Below are positions 20,774-29,506 of a DNA stretch of 64,000 bases, one piece after another. Under the pieces are notes generated by a model. That model did not search any database. It was not told the origin of the DNA and was given only the letters and a program-made list of their open reading frames with translations. Position 1 is the stretch's first letter; the number at the start of each line of letters is the position of its first letter. This stretch comes from an uncultured archaeon. GTDB taxonomy: Archaea > Thermoproteota > Nitrososphaeria > Nitrososphaerales > Gagatemarchaeaceae. The position numbers and the translations under genes were made by a program. Location: the NCBI GenBank assembly GCA_963799775.1, contig CAWCYD010000003.1, positions 928,001 through 992,000 on the forward strand, in the 5' to 3' direction.

Positions 20774-21128
20774 GGAATATCTCCCTCTGGGCGGGACGGC
20801 CGTCGACCACGAAGGTGAGGGCGAGGCGGAACCTCGAAGCAAACTTGCAGGCGCGGTCGTATGACTCGAAGACCCCCTGCAACCGCCCAAGACTGACGAC
20901 CACGGCCTTTCCACGGTGGGGCTCGAACTCCTCCTTCCACCTTCTTCGCACGAGCTCAAGGTTGGTCTGGTGCTCCCTCGCCATGGCGACCTCCGCCTCA
21001 CCCTCCGTCCACCTTGCAAGGGCCTCGCTCACTGCCCGGCCCATCGAGATGCCTTCGAGCGCCGCAATCGCCTTGGCCCGGCGATATGCTTCGGCGTCCA
21101 CCCCCTTTATCATGACGTCCTTTGGCAT
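20739..21128 (-). CDS. RHH + DUF5678-like protein, partner of protease 1
   Basis: VMIKGVDAEAYRRAKAIAALEGISMGRAVSEAL (RHH); HRGKAVVVSLGRLQGVFESYDRA. Confidence 0.7.
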   Translation of the reverse strand: MPKDVMIKGVDAEAYRRAKAIAALEGISMGRAVSEALARWTEGEAEVAMAREHQTNLELVRRRWKEEFEPHRGKAVVVSLGRLQGVFESYDRACKFASRFRLALTFVVDGRPAQREIFLGPDLEIQQGA

Positions 21129-21140
21129 GGGCGGATTATA

Positions 21141-21515
21141 CTAGTTAGACATGTTATATAAGGATAACCTGTGGCCAATTGGAAACTCGAGCAGGCCACT
21201 CTGACTCGCTGCACGCCCTTGGCGTCGGGCGACGCCTCTCGTCACTTGACTGAGGTATCGAGAAAGACTTTCGTTCAATGCCGCCTCCGCTTCCTGCACT
21301 CGAGGTCTGATCTTCTTCATGTCCTTGGAGAAATTGTCGAAGGCCCCTCGCACCTTCTCTCTGTCGGCTCTCGCGCCTGCGACCTTCTTGATCATGATCG
21401 AATCATCAGGAGATTCCTCGAACACGACCGCGTCCCCTGGTCGAATCCCTGTTCTCTCGGCAAGCCTCTTCGGTATTGTGACGTGCATCTTTCGCCTCGC
21501 CCGATATTGCCTCAA
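21141..21515 (-). CDS. AbrB/MazE-family antitoxin; C-terminus probably read-through into a toxin remnant
   Basis: HVTIPKRLAERTGIRPGDAVVF. Confidence 0.8.
   Translation of the reverse strand: MRQYRARRKMHVTIPKRLAERTGIRPGDAVVFEESPDDSIMIKKVAGARADREKVRGAFDNFSKDMKKIRPRVQEAEAALNESLSRYLSQVTRGVARRQGRAASQSGLLEFPIGHRLSLYNMSN
21242..21274 (-). pseudogene. N-terminal remnant of a PIN/VapC toxin
   Basis: Alternative frame reads TKVFLDTSVK* exactly where a vapC start would overlap the antitoxin end. Confidence 0.5.
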
Positions 21516-21670
21516 GTCCTACTTTCTTGCTTTACGCGCCAATAAAAGGATGAGTGACCGATCAGTCCGCGCTTGATCATGATTGAGGCTTGTGACGTCG
21601 GTTTCACCGATTGTGATATCAACCCGGCAGTTCACTGGCCACGGGAGACCGATGAATTGCACGCACACGC

Positions 21671-22231
21671 TTAGATTGGGTCACTGCCACCGACGCGCTT
21701 CTCCACGAGTTTCGCTAGGTTGTCGACGGCCCTCGTGAGTTCTTTCCTTGTCTCGACCGACTCCTTCTCCAGCGTCTCAAGGACGCTGGTCAGCTTTTGA
21801 GAGATCTCGCCATACTTGTGGTCGAGAGTTCTGAAGTTCTGGTCGGTCCTCTCGGCGAACCCCGTAAAATCGCTTCGATAACTGCTGAATTCTCCTCTGT
21901 AATCCCGGAATTCCGTCTGCATCGCCCCAAACCCCTCTTGGAGCTCTTCTGGTACGCTCCCGAACCGTATTTCGAAGAATTTGAGTCTCTGCTCAGGCCT
22001 TGCTGCATGTTGCTTTAGTTCCTTTGTCCGGGCCGGAGGCGGTGGGTTTCTTGCCGCTTCCACGAAGTTGCGCACAGCCGACTCTTCACCCTGGACGAAT
22101 ATTGTCACCGAGCCGTCTTTCTCATTCCTTACGTAGCCGGTCAGGTTCCCCTGCTGGGCCATCTCCCGAAGGTATCTCCGATAGCCCACAGCCTGAACCC
22201 TCCCACCCACATTCAACTTCAAGGCCTTCAT
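21671..22231 (-). CDS. Acylphosphatase with C-terminal coiled-coil extension
   Basis: GRVQAVGYR, GYVRNEKDGSV; about 90-aa heptad-like tail. Confidence 0.85.
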   Translation of the reverse strand: MKALKLNVGGRVQAVGYRRYLREMAQQGNLTGYVRNEKDGSVTIFVQGEESAVRNFVEAARNPPPPARTKELKQHAARPEQRLKFFEIRFGSVPEELQEGFGAMQTEFRDYRGEFSSYRSDFTGFAERTDQNFRTLDHKYGEISQKLTSVLETLEKESVETRKELTRAVDNLAKLVEKRVGGSDPI

Positions 22232-22529
22232 GCAGTAAGACCCATCTTCATACCAAAGAGCAAGAGTCGCTATTTAAGCACCCAGAGACGCGAGACGCGG
22301 GCGCGCCACTTGATTGCCACAGAAAATTCGGGACGAACCTGCTATGCCACTCCTCATCTCACCGACGTCCTGGAGAAAGTGACGGATGTCTTGAACAATG
22401 TCCTGGAGAGCAAGTAGCTCCGAAATGCTGATTCAAATCTCCCGGCTGAGGAACAAGAGGCTTCAGAGAGTCGCGCCGGGAAAGCAAGCCCCCACCCGCC
22501 GCGCCAATGTGCGGGTCTCGCGTCTGAAG

Positions 22530-23459
22530 CTACCCTGACTGAGCGGCCACCTGCTTCTTCAATCCGTCGGTCAGCGGGGTGACCGGCTCGTAGCCTAGGT
22601 CGGCTCTCATCCTCGTGATGTCGGCCGAGGTGTCCTTGACGTCGCCCGGTGCCTTGCGAAGGTGCTTGATCCTGGCTTTCTTGCCCATGACGGATTCGAT
22701 CGTCGAGATCACGTGGTTGAGCGAGGTCGAGCCTCCTGTGCCGACGTTGTAGAGGCTGCCGGGCTTGGCCTGCGAGGCCAGGATTGTGCCCGCGACCGTG
22801 TCGCCCACGAAAGTGAAATCGCGCCTCTGCTCCCCGTCGCCGTAGACCTCGATCGGCTCACCGCGGGATATCCTCGAGATGAAGATGTTGAACGCCATGT
22901 CCGGCCTCTGGCGAGGCCCGTAGACGGTGAAGTATCTCAGGGTGACGACAGGCACGTCGTAGTTGCGAAGATAGACGTGGCAGAGGCTCTCCCCCGCGAG
23001 CTTGGTGGCCCCGTAGGGCGAGACGGGCCGAGGCGTGGCCTCCTCGGGCGTGGGCATCCGCTCCGAGTCTCCATAGATGCTCGACGAAGAAGCGAAGATG
23101 AACTTCTTAATCGGGGCGTCCTTTACAGCCTCGAGGAGCCGCTGGGTGGCGATGATGTTGTCCCTGACGTAGTGCGAGAACGTCCTTCCCCAGCTCGCGC
23201 GAACCCCCGGCTGAGCCGCTAGGTGGAACACCGCCTCCACGCCTCTGACGACCCCCGCCAGGCTGGCGGAAGCAAGGTCAGCCTCACTGAATTCAAACCC
23301 TTCGTTCTTGCGAAGACGGGAGAGGTTCGCGACCTTGAGCTTCTTCGGGTAGTAGTCGGTGAAGCAGTCTACACCTCGCACGGTGTGGCCCTCGGCAAGC
23401 AGCGCCTCTGAGAGGGTCGAGCCGATGAAGCCGGCACATCCTGTCACGAGGCATCTCAT
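22530..23459 (-). CDS. UDP-glucose/glucuronate 4-epimerase-like SDR
   Basis: MRCLVTGCAGFIG, HLAAQPGVRASW, YGATK, RQRPDMAF. Confidence 0.9.
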   Translation of the reverse strand: MRCLVTGCAGFIGSTLSEALLAEGHTVRGVDCFTDYYPKKLKVANLSRLRKNEGFEFSEADLASASLAGVVRGVEAVFHLAAQPGVRASWGRTFSHYVRDNIIATQRLLEAVKDAPIKKFIFASSSSIYGDSERMPTPEEATPRPVSPYGATKLAGESLCHVYLRNYDVPVVTLRYFTVYGPRQRPDMAFNIFISRISRGEPIEVYGDGEQRRDFTFVGDTVAGTILASQAKPGSLYNVGTGGSTSLNHVISTIESVMGKKARIKHLRKAPGDVKDTSADITRMRADLGYEPVTPLTDGLKKQVAAQSG

Positions 23460-24797
23460 TTCGCGCTGGCTTCTCCCAGTCCCACCGCGGCGTAGTCGAG
23501 CGCCTTTGAATAGACGACGGGGTCGTAGATCCTCCTTGCATCTATCAGCACAGGAGTCCTCATCAGCTTGGCATAGTCGGACGGCTTGAGCGCTCTGAAC
23601 TGCCTCCACGCGGTCATCGTGATGGCCACCTCAGCACCTTCCAGGCACTCCTTCGCCGAAGGAGAATAAGTGACGCTTTGGCCCAATGCCGGCTTCGCTG
23701 CCTTCATCGCCACGGGGTCATAGACGCGGACCTTTGCCCCCCGAGCAAGCAGCCCCAGCACCAGCGGGATCGACCTTGAGCCCCGCACGTCGTCGGTCTC
23801 GGCCTTGAAGGCAAGGCCCAGCACCGCCACCTGCTTCCCCAGGAGAGAGCCGACCCTCTTCTCCGCTAACCCGATGATGTGCCGCGGCTGGAACTCGTTG
23901 ACCGCGAGCACTCCCTCGAGCATCGAGCGGTCTATCGCTTGTTGCTTGAGGTATGCGCTGAAGGCGCGAAGGCTTCTTCTCGAAACAAGAACCGCCGAAC
24001 CCGGGTCCGGCCTGCAGGAAGAGGTGGCCGATGCGCGGGTCTAGCCCGATGCCCCTCGCCACATCGTTCACGTCGGTCCCAGGGTAGAGCTCGCAAACGA
24101 TCGAGACGAGATTGATGAAGCTGATCTTGGTTGTGAGCAGGGAGTTGCTACCGTACTTGATGAGCTCGGCGCCCTCTGGAGAAGTCTCGACGATAGGCGG
24201 CACGTTCTTCCCGTAAAACTTACGGTAGAGAGAGCCCGCCGCGAGGAGGGATCCTGCGTCCATGCCTCCTATGACTATCCTCTGGGGGCTGAGCGAGTCC
24301 TGGATAGCGGTCCCTTCCCTAAGGAATTCCGGGTTGGAGCACAAGTCGAACCCCTCGCCGCACCTCTTCCCAGACCCGGTCTCCAGGATCCGGTTCACGA
24401 GCCCCCTCGTCGTTCCAGGAATGACGGTGCTCCTCACGAGGATGAGAGGCTTGTTGCTCGAGCCCTTGATGAGAGAAGCGACGTCGGCGGAGGCTCCCCT
24501 CACTTGGGAGAGGTCAATCGAGCCGTCCTCCACGCTTGGCGTGCCGACGGCGACGAAGATCGCGTCCGCACCCTGGAGCGCGCGAACGCCGACCGAGAAA
24601 TCCAGCCGCTTCGTGCGCTGGCCGCTCGCCAGTAGGCCCTCTAGTCTCTTTTCGTGAATTGGGACCGCGCCGTTCTTGAGCTGCGCGACCCTCAAGGCGT
24701 TGTTGTCGACCACGGTGACTTGGAACTTGGTCGCGAGACAGGCTGCAGTCGAGAGGCCGACGTAACCTGCCCCGATTACTCCGACCTTCATCATCAC
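23456..24797 (-). CDS. ugd: UDP-glucose 6-dehydrogenase (frameshift near 23980)
   Basis: VIGAGYVG, NPEFLREG, GPGFGGSCF, LGLAFKAETDDVR. Confidence 0.9.
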
Positions 24798-24909
24798 GGC
24801 CTCCGATGGGCTGGTTTGTAATCTATTGCCTTTCTTTCTTCATCGTGAATAACCCTCGAGTTTCTGTCTGATGTCGACCCTCGAACGAAGTCACATGGGT
24901 GGTTAAATA

Positions 24910-24940
24910 GTGGGACAAACTATTGGAAACGTGGGACAAA
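24910..24940 (+). promoter_or_regulatory. Putative antitoxin operator: GTGGGACAAA direct repeat x2 just downstream of a TTAAATA box
   Basis: Exact 10-bp repeats at 24910 and 24931, immediately before ATG 24941. Confidence 0.55.
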
Positions 24941-25186
24941 ATGACCGTGCAAGCGCCAATTAAAATGGACTCGAAGCGGCGAATCGTGCTAGGCAAGAGG
25001 ATACGCAGGGCGTCCGGAATAGGGCCTGACGACGACTTGGTCGCATTCGCCTTCCACGGTGGGATCCTGATCACTTCGACGAAGGGGAAGCATTTTGCGG
25101 GGAGTCTGACCGGTTTCCACTTTGAGGAGGAGAAGCACGATGCGACCAAGTACCTAGAGATGAGGCTCAAGGATGCCAGTACTTGA
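24923..25186 (+). CDS. AbrB-family antitoxin (VapB-like; likely start 24941)
   Basis: KMDSKRRIVLGKRIRRASGIGPDD. Confidence 0.8.
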   Translation: METWDKMTVQAPIKMDSKRRIVLGKRIRRASGIGPDDDLVAFAFHGGILITSTKGKHFAGSLTGFHFEEEKHDATKYLEMRLKDAST

Positions 25187-25616
25187 CACGGCGGTCCTCT
25201 TTGCAGCGGCTGATGCGTCGGACAGGTTTCACGTTGATTCCATCGATTGCCTGCGCGGGCTCTCTGAAAGGATCCTCCTTGGAGCCTCGGCACTGCTTGA
25301 GTTTGACCTCGTGCTAAAGAGCAGAGGGACCAGCGTGGAGCGGCGCTCGGACCTCATGGTCCTTCTCCTCAGCGACTTTCCACGAGCGGGCTCCGCGGTT
25401 CACCCAATCTCTCCTTCTACCCTGGCCATGGCGGGGCAGCTCGAGACGAGGTTCGAGTTGGACTACTTCGACGCGCTGCTTGCGAGCGAGGCCCTCGAGC
25501 ACGACGGCGAGGTCGTCTCAAGCGACCGCCAGTTTGACAAGATTCCCGGCCTGAGAAGAGTCACCCTGGTCTCGCACGAGAGACCCTCCAACTTGACGAA
25601 TGACCACGGTCACTAG
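25173..25616 (+). CDS. PIN-domain toxin (VapC-like)
   Basis: VLDTAVL, LLEF, LDYFDALL, SSDRQFD. Confidence 0.9.
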   Translation: MPVLDTAVLFAAADASDRFHVDSIDCLRGLSERILLGASALLEFDLVLKSRGTSVERRSDLMVLLLSDFPRAGSAVHPISPSTLAMAGQLETRFELDYFDALLASEALEHDGEVVSSDRQFDKIPGLRRVTLVSHERPSNLTNDHGH

Positions 25617-25685
25617 GAACTTGGTCGCGAGGGACGCTGCGGTCAAGAGGCCCACATTCCCGGCGCCGATTACCCCGACCTTCAT
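25602..25685 (-). repeat. Diverged orphan copy of the first 28 codons of ugd (matches 24708..24791)
   Basis: MKVGVIGAGNVGLLTAASLATKFLVTVV vs MKVGVIGAGYVGLSTAACLATKFQVTVV; 14/84 mismatches by hand count. Confidence 0.9.
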
Positions 25686-25872
25686 CGTCCATGCCACCCT
25701 CGGGCGAATAGCATGCCTTACTTAACCCCCCCTAAGCACTTGACCCCCGAGTCATAAGACCTTCTGAGGCGCGGGCCTGGTCGAGAGACCCACGCATCCT
25801 GCCCCGACAGCCCCTATGCTAATCGTCCGTGCTACCCCTGAGGTGGTTTGTATTCTATCGTTTCGGCCCCTC

Positions 25873-26268
25873 TCATCCGGAAAATGCCTCGAGCTTCACT
25901 CGCATCGAGCAATAGTCGAGGAGCGTCCTGGTGCGAATAAGCGCTTCGACTCCGACCAGCACCTCCATCACCCCTTCGTAGGTCTCGATGAACCCATCCG
26001 CTGAGACCGAGCCATCGCTCGCGTCAAATGACCCGTAGGCGCCTTCGGAGCCCAAGACTTCGCCGTTGGCCGTTATCAGGGTCCTCTTCTCCAACTCCAT
26101 GCGGTCCAGCTCAAGAGACTCGAAGATGTCCCTTGGACAGGCGATGAACCCGTCGTATCCCGTATCTATCACTGCCAGGACGTTCCCTTTTTCAGGAAAG
26201 ATCTTTCTGAACAGGGGATTTCTGAGGACGACATTCAAGGCAGGCGTGAGCCCGACGAACTCGCTCAT
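25873..26268 (-). CDS. Clan AA aspartic protease, copy 2
   Basis: LAVIDTGYDGF, LITANG, VLVGVEAL. Confidence 0.8.
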   Translation of the reverse strand: MSEFVGLTPALNVVLRNPLFRKIFPEKGNVLAVIDTGYDGFIACPRDIFESLELDRMELEKRTLITANGEVLGSEGAYGSFDASDGSVSADGFIETYEGVMEVLVGVEALIRTRTLLDYCSMRVKLEAFSG

Positions 26269-26591
26269 TGCCTCGAACCACGCAGGCCGACCCTCAACAT
26301 CTTGCGCAGAGGGGTCGAGGAGACGATCCTCACGGACCTGGGGTCGACATCCAGCTGGCGTAGCTTGCTGGCGAGTTCGTCCAAGGTGGCCCCCGTCCCC
26401 ACCTTGAGCTTGCCCTCGAACGCCGTGAACGTCAGCGGCTGCCTGACCTTGGTCTCGGAGGACATCCTATCCTCAAGCGCCTCTCTCACTAGGCCCGATA
26501 TTGCGCCCTTCTTGCCACCGTATCGCTCTGCTACCAGTCTTCTCAGCCTGTCCACTGTCTCTTTTGGGAGGCTGACGGTGAGGTTTACCAT
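26265..26591 (-). CDS. RHH + DUF5678-like protein, partner of protease 2
   Basis: NLTVSLPKETVDRLRRL...AISGLVREAL; FTAFEGKLKVGTGATLDEL; ATGA overlap with the protease. Confidence 0.7.
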   Translation of the reverse strand: MVNLTVSLPKETVDRLRRLVAERYGGKKGAISGLVREALEDRMSSETKVRQPLTFTAFEGKLKVGTGATLDELASKLRQLDVDPRSVRIVSSTPLRKMLRVGLRGSRQ

Positions 26592-26749
26592 GTGCCTCTT
26601 GATTACGTAATGTCTATTTAAACGCCACGTAAACCAAGGAATACCTGCCTGACGGCATGGGTCTCTAAGGCGCTTGGATTCTGGTCGCGAAGTCATTGCC
26701 AAGAACAAAGTTCATTCAACTGCTTAAGCTCGGCGACAAAGCTCAAGCT

Positions 26750-27031
26750 ATGCAAGTGATGGAGCCTCGTACCAGGCAGGAGGCCCAGATTAGGACGCAG
26801 GATAGGCAAACCCATCCTTCTCTGATTGACCAACTCCTCGTGACGCTTCTCGCCGAGCATGCCGGATGGATAAAGTGCCCAACACATGGCTATGTCCACC
26901 AGCCCGTCCTTTCGGGATACCACGGCAGTTTCTACTTCAGGCGGTGTCCGGTGGGACCTTTCGGGCATTACGGGGTGGATTTACCGGGGGCAGGGCCCGC
27001 ATGGCAGGGCCTTAGTCTCCGACCTCTATGA
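26750..27031 (+). CDS. Small Cys/His protein, copy A
   Basis: MQVMEP...WIKCPTHGYVHQPVLSGYHGSFYFRRCPVGPFGH; paralogue of 28504..28764. Confidence 0.7.
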   Translation: MQVMEPRTRQEAQIRTQDRQTHPSLIDQLLVTLLAEHAGWIKCPTHGYVHQPVLSGYHGSFYFRRCPVGPFGHYGVDLPGAGPAWQGLSLRPL

Positions 27032-27362
27032 CCAGCCTGTTTTGTTCGGAGGGATAGATGACCACGGGAAGGTCCTTCTTGATCTTGAGCGAGTTGGCGA
27101 TGTCCTTCGGGATCCGGATTACGAGCGAATTCCCCGATTTGGCTACGCGGCCCCTCCTCTCCAGACCGAACAGCCCCCTCTTCTTGACTTCTGCCTCGAT
27201 TTCACTCATCAAGTCCTGTGAGAGGTACTCGGAACCGCACTCGGCGCACACTTCTGCTTCCTTCATGCCGAAGTCGATTCCGAAGAACTCCACCTCCGTG
27301 GTGGTCTTCTTGAGTTTCCCGCCGCACCGGCATCTGATGTCCAAGATGGCCTCTGCCGTCAA
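27012..27362 (-). CDS. YgiT/MqsA-type zinc ribbon fused to an AbrB domain (antitoxin)
   Basis: CRCGG...CAECGSEY; KSGNSLVIRIPKDIA. Confidence 0.8.
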   Translation of the reverse strand: MTAEAILDIRCRCGGKLKKTTTEVEFFGIDFGMKEAEVCAECGSEYLSQDLMSEIEAEVKKRGLFGLERRGRVAKSGNSLVIRIPKDIANSLKIKKDLPVVIYPSEQNRLVIEVGD

Positions 27363-27598
27363 GGCACCTTCACCGTCACGGGAAAGACCTTCCTGATGTT
27401 CGAGTTTCGGTAGAACCTTTCGTCGTAGACCACCAAATAGCGCTTGAACAGAGCCTGCACCAGACCTGTCTCCCGCTGTATGGATTTCTTCCCTTTGGTT
27501 ATCGTCTCTTCAACGTCCTTCACGGACACTCCTCTCAACCACATCCGCTCTATCGCGTGCTTCACCCGCTTGTGCTCCCAGTTGATCTTTAGCCGCAC
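27359..27598 (-). CDS. DUF4258/RelE-like putative toxin
   Basis: KHAIERMWLRGVSVKDVEETI...LVVY...VTV; overlaps the antitoxin start. Confidence 0.7.
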   Translation of the reverse strand: MRLKINWEHKRVKHAIERMWLRGVSVKDVEETITKGKKSIQRETGLVQALFKRYLVVYDERFYRNSNIRKVFPVTVKVP

Positions 27599-27794
27599 AA
27601 CCAGTTATGTAATACACGTAGTATTAAGGATTACCCGGCCTCGTGGGCCGTCGGGACGCTCACACTTAGAGTTCCAACCATTCTTTTCCGTTGATTCGAG
27701 CGAGGTACGCGCGTGGGGGGCGGATGACCCAGCGGCGGAGGCAGGAAAGACCCCGAAATGCGCATATACGACCATACGTATGCGCTGCTTTGAC

Positions 27795-28076
27795 ATGGGC
27801 AAAGTCAAGGTGACGCTCTCCGTGGATGACGAGCTACTGAGCGAGTCCAGGTCGTACCTGGCGGGGAAAAAACTCACAATCAGCGGCACGCTCGAGGATG
27901 CGCTCTCGGAGATATCTATGAATGACGTAGTTGAAAAAATAGCTGCCAGGATAGGCGCCAATCTGGAATACGTCAGCTTCGAGGAGGTCGCACGGAGACG
28001 TCCAAAAGGCAAAGATGCCGCAAAAGCCGTGAGGGAAGCGAGAGATGCCAGGGCAGAAGAAGTATCTCGATACTAG
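27795..28076 (+). CDS. RHH-type antitoxin (VapB-like)
   Basis: KVKVTLSVDDELL...; C-terminal DAAKAVREARD. Confidence 0.75.
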   Translation: MGKVKVTLSVDDELLSESRSYLAGKKLTISGTLEDALSEISMNDVVEKIAARIGANLEYVSFEEVARRRPKGKDAAKAVREARDARAEEVSRY

Positions 28077-28352
28077 CGCCTTGGCGAAGCGGTATGTGCA
28101 GGAACAAGGCTCCGCCGCGGTTTCTCGCTGAGATGAAAAGGCTCGGGAAGGCGAGGGCGCCCGAAGTGGTCCCCGTGTCGGGTCATTGATGGCTGATGCG
28201 ATAGGATTCACCCTCGCGCACCATATCGTGTCGCGGAAGCGCTCCAGATTGCATCCTGCAAGACTGTGCCTGGTGCCGGGTTCATCTCGGCAGACAAACG
28301 CCTGGCCCGGGTAGCGAGAGACGAGGGTCTTGCCGCTTCGTTGACGTCTTGA
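28045..28352 (+). pseudogene. Disrupted PIN/VapC toxin
   Basis: MPGQKKYLDTSALAKRYVQEQGS...stop near 28130; C-terminal ALQIAS...FISADKRLARVARDEGL; middle section shortened. Confidence 0.75.
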
Positions 28353-28503
28353 CCTCTAATTGCGGCGGAGGCGACCAACGAACAAGCACCTCAGCAACAC
28401 CCGTCGCTGGCTGCTAACGACCGATAGATCGACCAGGTCACGTAGTCGTCGCCTGGAAGCGAGTTACTCTACCCGAATAGGTCAGTAGGGAAAACAACGC
28501 GGC

Positions 28504-28764
28504 ATGCAAACGATGGAGCCTCCGACTGAGAGAGGGCGACAGTCCCAAACACAGACGGAGAGGAAGCAAGAGCATCTTTCAGCGACTGACCAAATCCTCG
28601 TTAAACTGCTGGGAGAGCATCGTGGATGGATCAGGTGCCCGGTGCATGGTTACGTCCACCAGCCAATCCTCTCGGGATACCACGGCAGTCTCTACTTTCG
28701 AAGATGCCCCGATGGACAGTTCGGACACTTTTGGGTCGACACTGCCTCGTATAAAAGTGCCTGA
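28504..28764 (+). CDS. Small Cys/His protein, copy B
   Basis: MQTMEP...WIRCPVHGYVHQPILSGYHGSLYFRRCPDGQFGH. Confidence 0.75.
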   Translation: MQTMEPPTERGRQSQTQTERKQEHLSATDQILVKLLGEHRGWIRCPVHGYVHQPILSGYHGSLYFRRCPDGQFGHFWVDTASYKSA

Positions 28765-28783
28765 GAACGGGTCGAGGAATCGT

Positions 28784-29368
28784 CTAGGGCTCTAGGACCG
28801 TGATCACACCCCGCATCCACGCTGGGTGCCACATGCAGTAGTAGTCGTATGTGCCTGGGACTGTGAAAGTGTAGGTGAACGTCTCGTTCGTGCCCAGTAT
28901 CAGGTCGACTTGGCCAGCCCCTGCTGGCACGACGTTGGTCACCACGGTGTGCTGGCTCAGGTTGTCCTGGTTTATCCACGTGACCGTATTGTTGACACCT
29001 ACCACAAGCTTGAGATGCGAGGGCACGAAGTTCAGGCTCTGGTTCTCGGCAATTCCCTTGGGTATGATGACGAGTGTGTCGTTGAAGAAAAGCCCGAGCT
29101 TGTAGCCTGGGGTAGTCGTAGTAACTGTGACGGTCTGCAAAGACGTCTCGGTCCCCGCTACGGTGAAGAGTGTTTGGGTCAGGGTGCTCAGGATGGTGGA
29201 GCTTTGGGTTATCGTCGTCGGCGATATCAATTGGCTCACGACGGTGGTCAGGTTGGCCCCGGACTGGTTCAAGGCGTTCAGAAAGTATGTGCCTTCTGCG
29301 AGGGACGCGACGAGCAGCACAACCACCACGCCCACAAAGACCCTCGTGGAGATTGCTCGCCTTTTCAA
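28784..29368 (-). CDS. Membrane-anchored type 1 cupredoxin (plastocyanin/azurin family)
   Basis: VTWINQD..HTV, YYCMWHPAWM ligands. Confidence 0.9.
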   Translation of the reverse strand: MKRRAISTRVFVGVVVVLLVASLAEGTYFLNALNQSGANLTTVVSQLISPTTITQSSTILSTLTQTLFTVAGTETSLQTVTVTTTTPGYKLGLFFNDTLVIIPKGIAENQSLNFVPSHLKLVVGVNNTVTWINQDNLSQHTVVTNVVPAGAGQVDLILGTNETFTYTFTVPGTYDYYCMWHPAWMRGVITVLEP

Positions 29369-29506
29369 GGTAGGTAGTTTCGGCCTCGCGCCGTATTAAA
29401 GCCCTTTTCCAAATCTATCGCCTGTCGATGCATGCCGCCTGTTGAGCCACAAGGTAGACGAGACAATCGCGTGTGCGGTTAAATAACATACCACTCTGAT
29501 ATTCTG

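Noticed and set aside
20393-21019. 208-aa version of protease 1 (and the 147-aa version of the 26265 ORF) in the ORF track
   Set aside because: The N-terminal extensions overlap the upstream gene or promoter; shorter starts at 20773 and 26591 fit the domain boundaries.
21205-21250. Weak similarity to the GT2 5' end (20369-20401) as a possible fourth gene-end duplication
   Set aside because: Short and gapped; could be chance.
22430-22510. tRNA 3'-like fragments (TTCAAATC, ...CCGCGCCA)
   Set aside because: No cloverleaf or correctly spaced T-arm could be built.
20393-28764. Integron-type cassette array explanation for the TA clusters
   Set aside because: No recurring attC-like element or integrase was seen, and orientations are mixed; an attC covariance search would be needed to exclude it fully.
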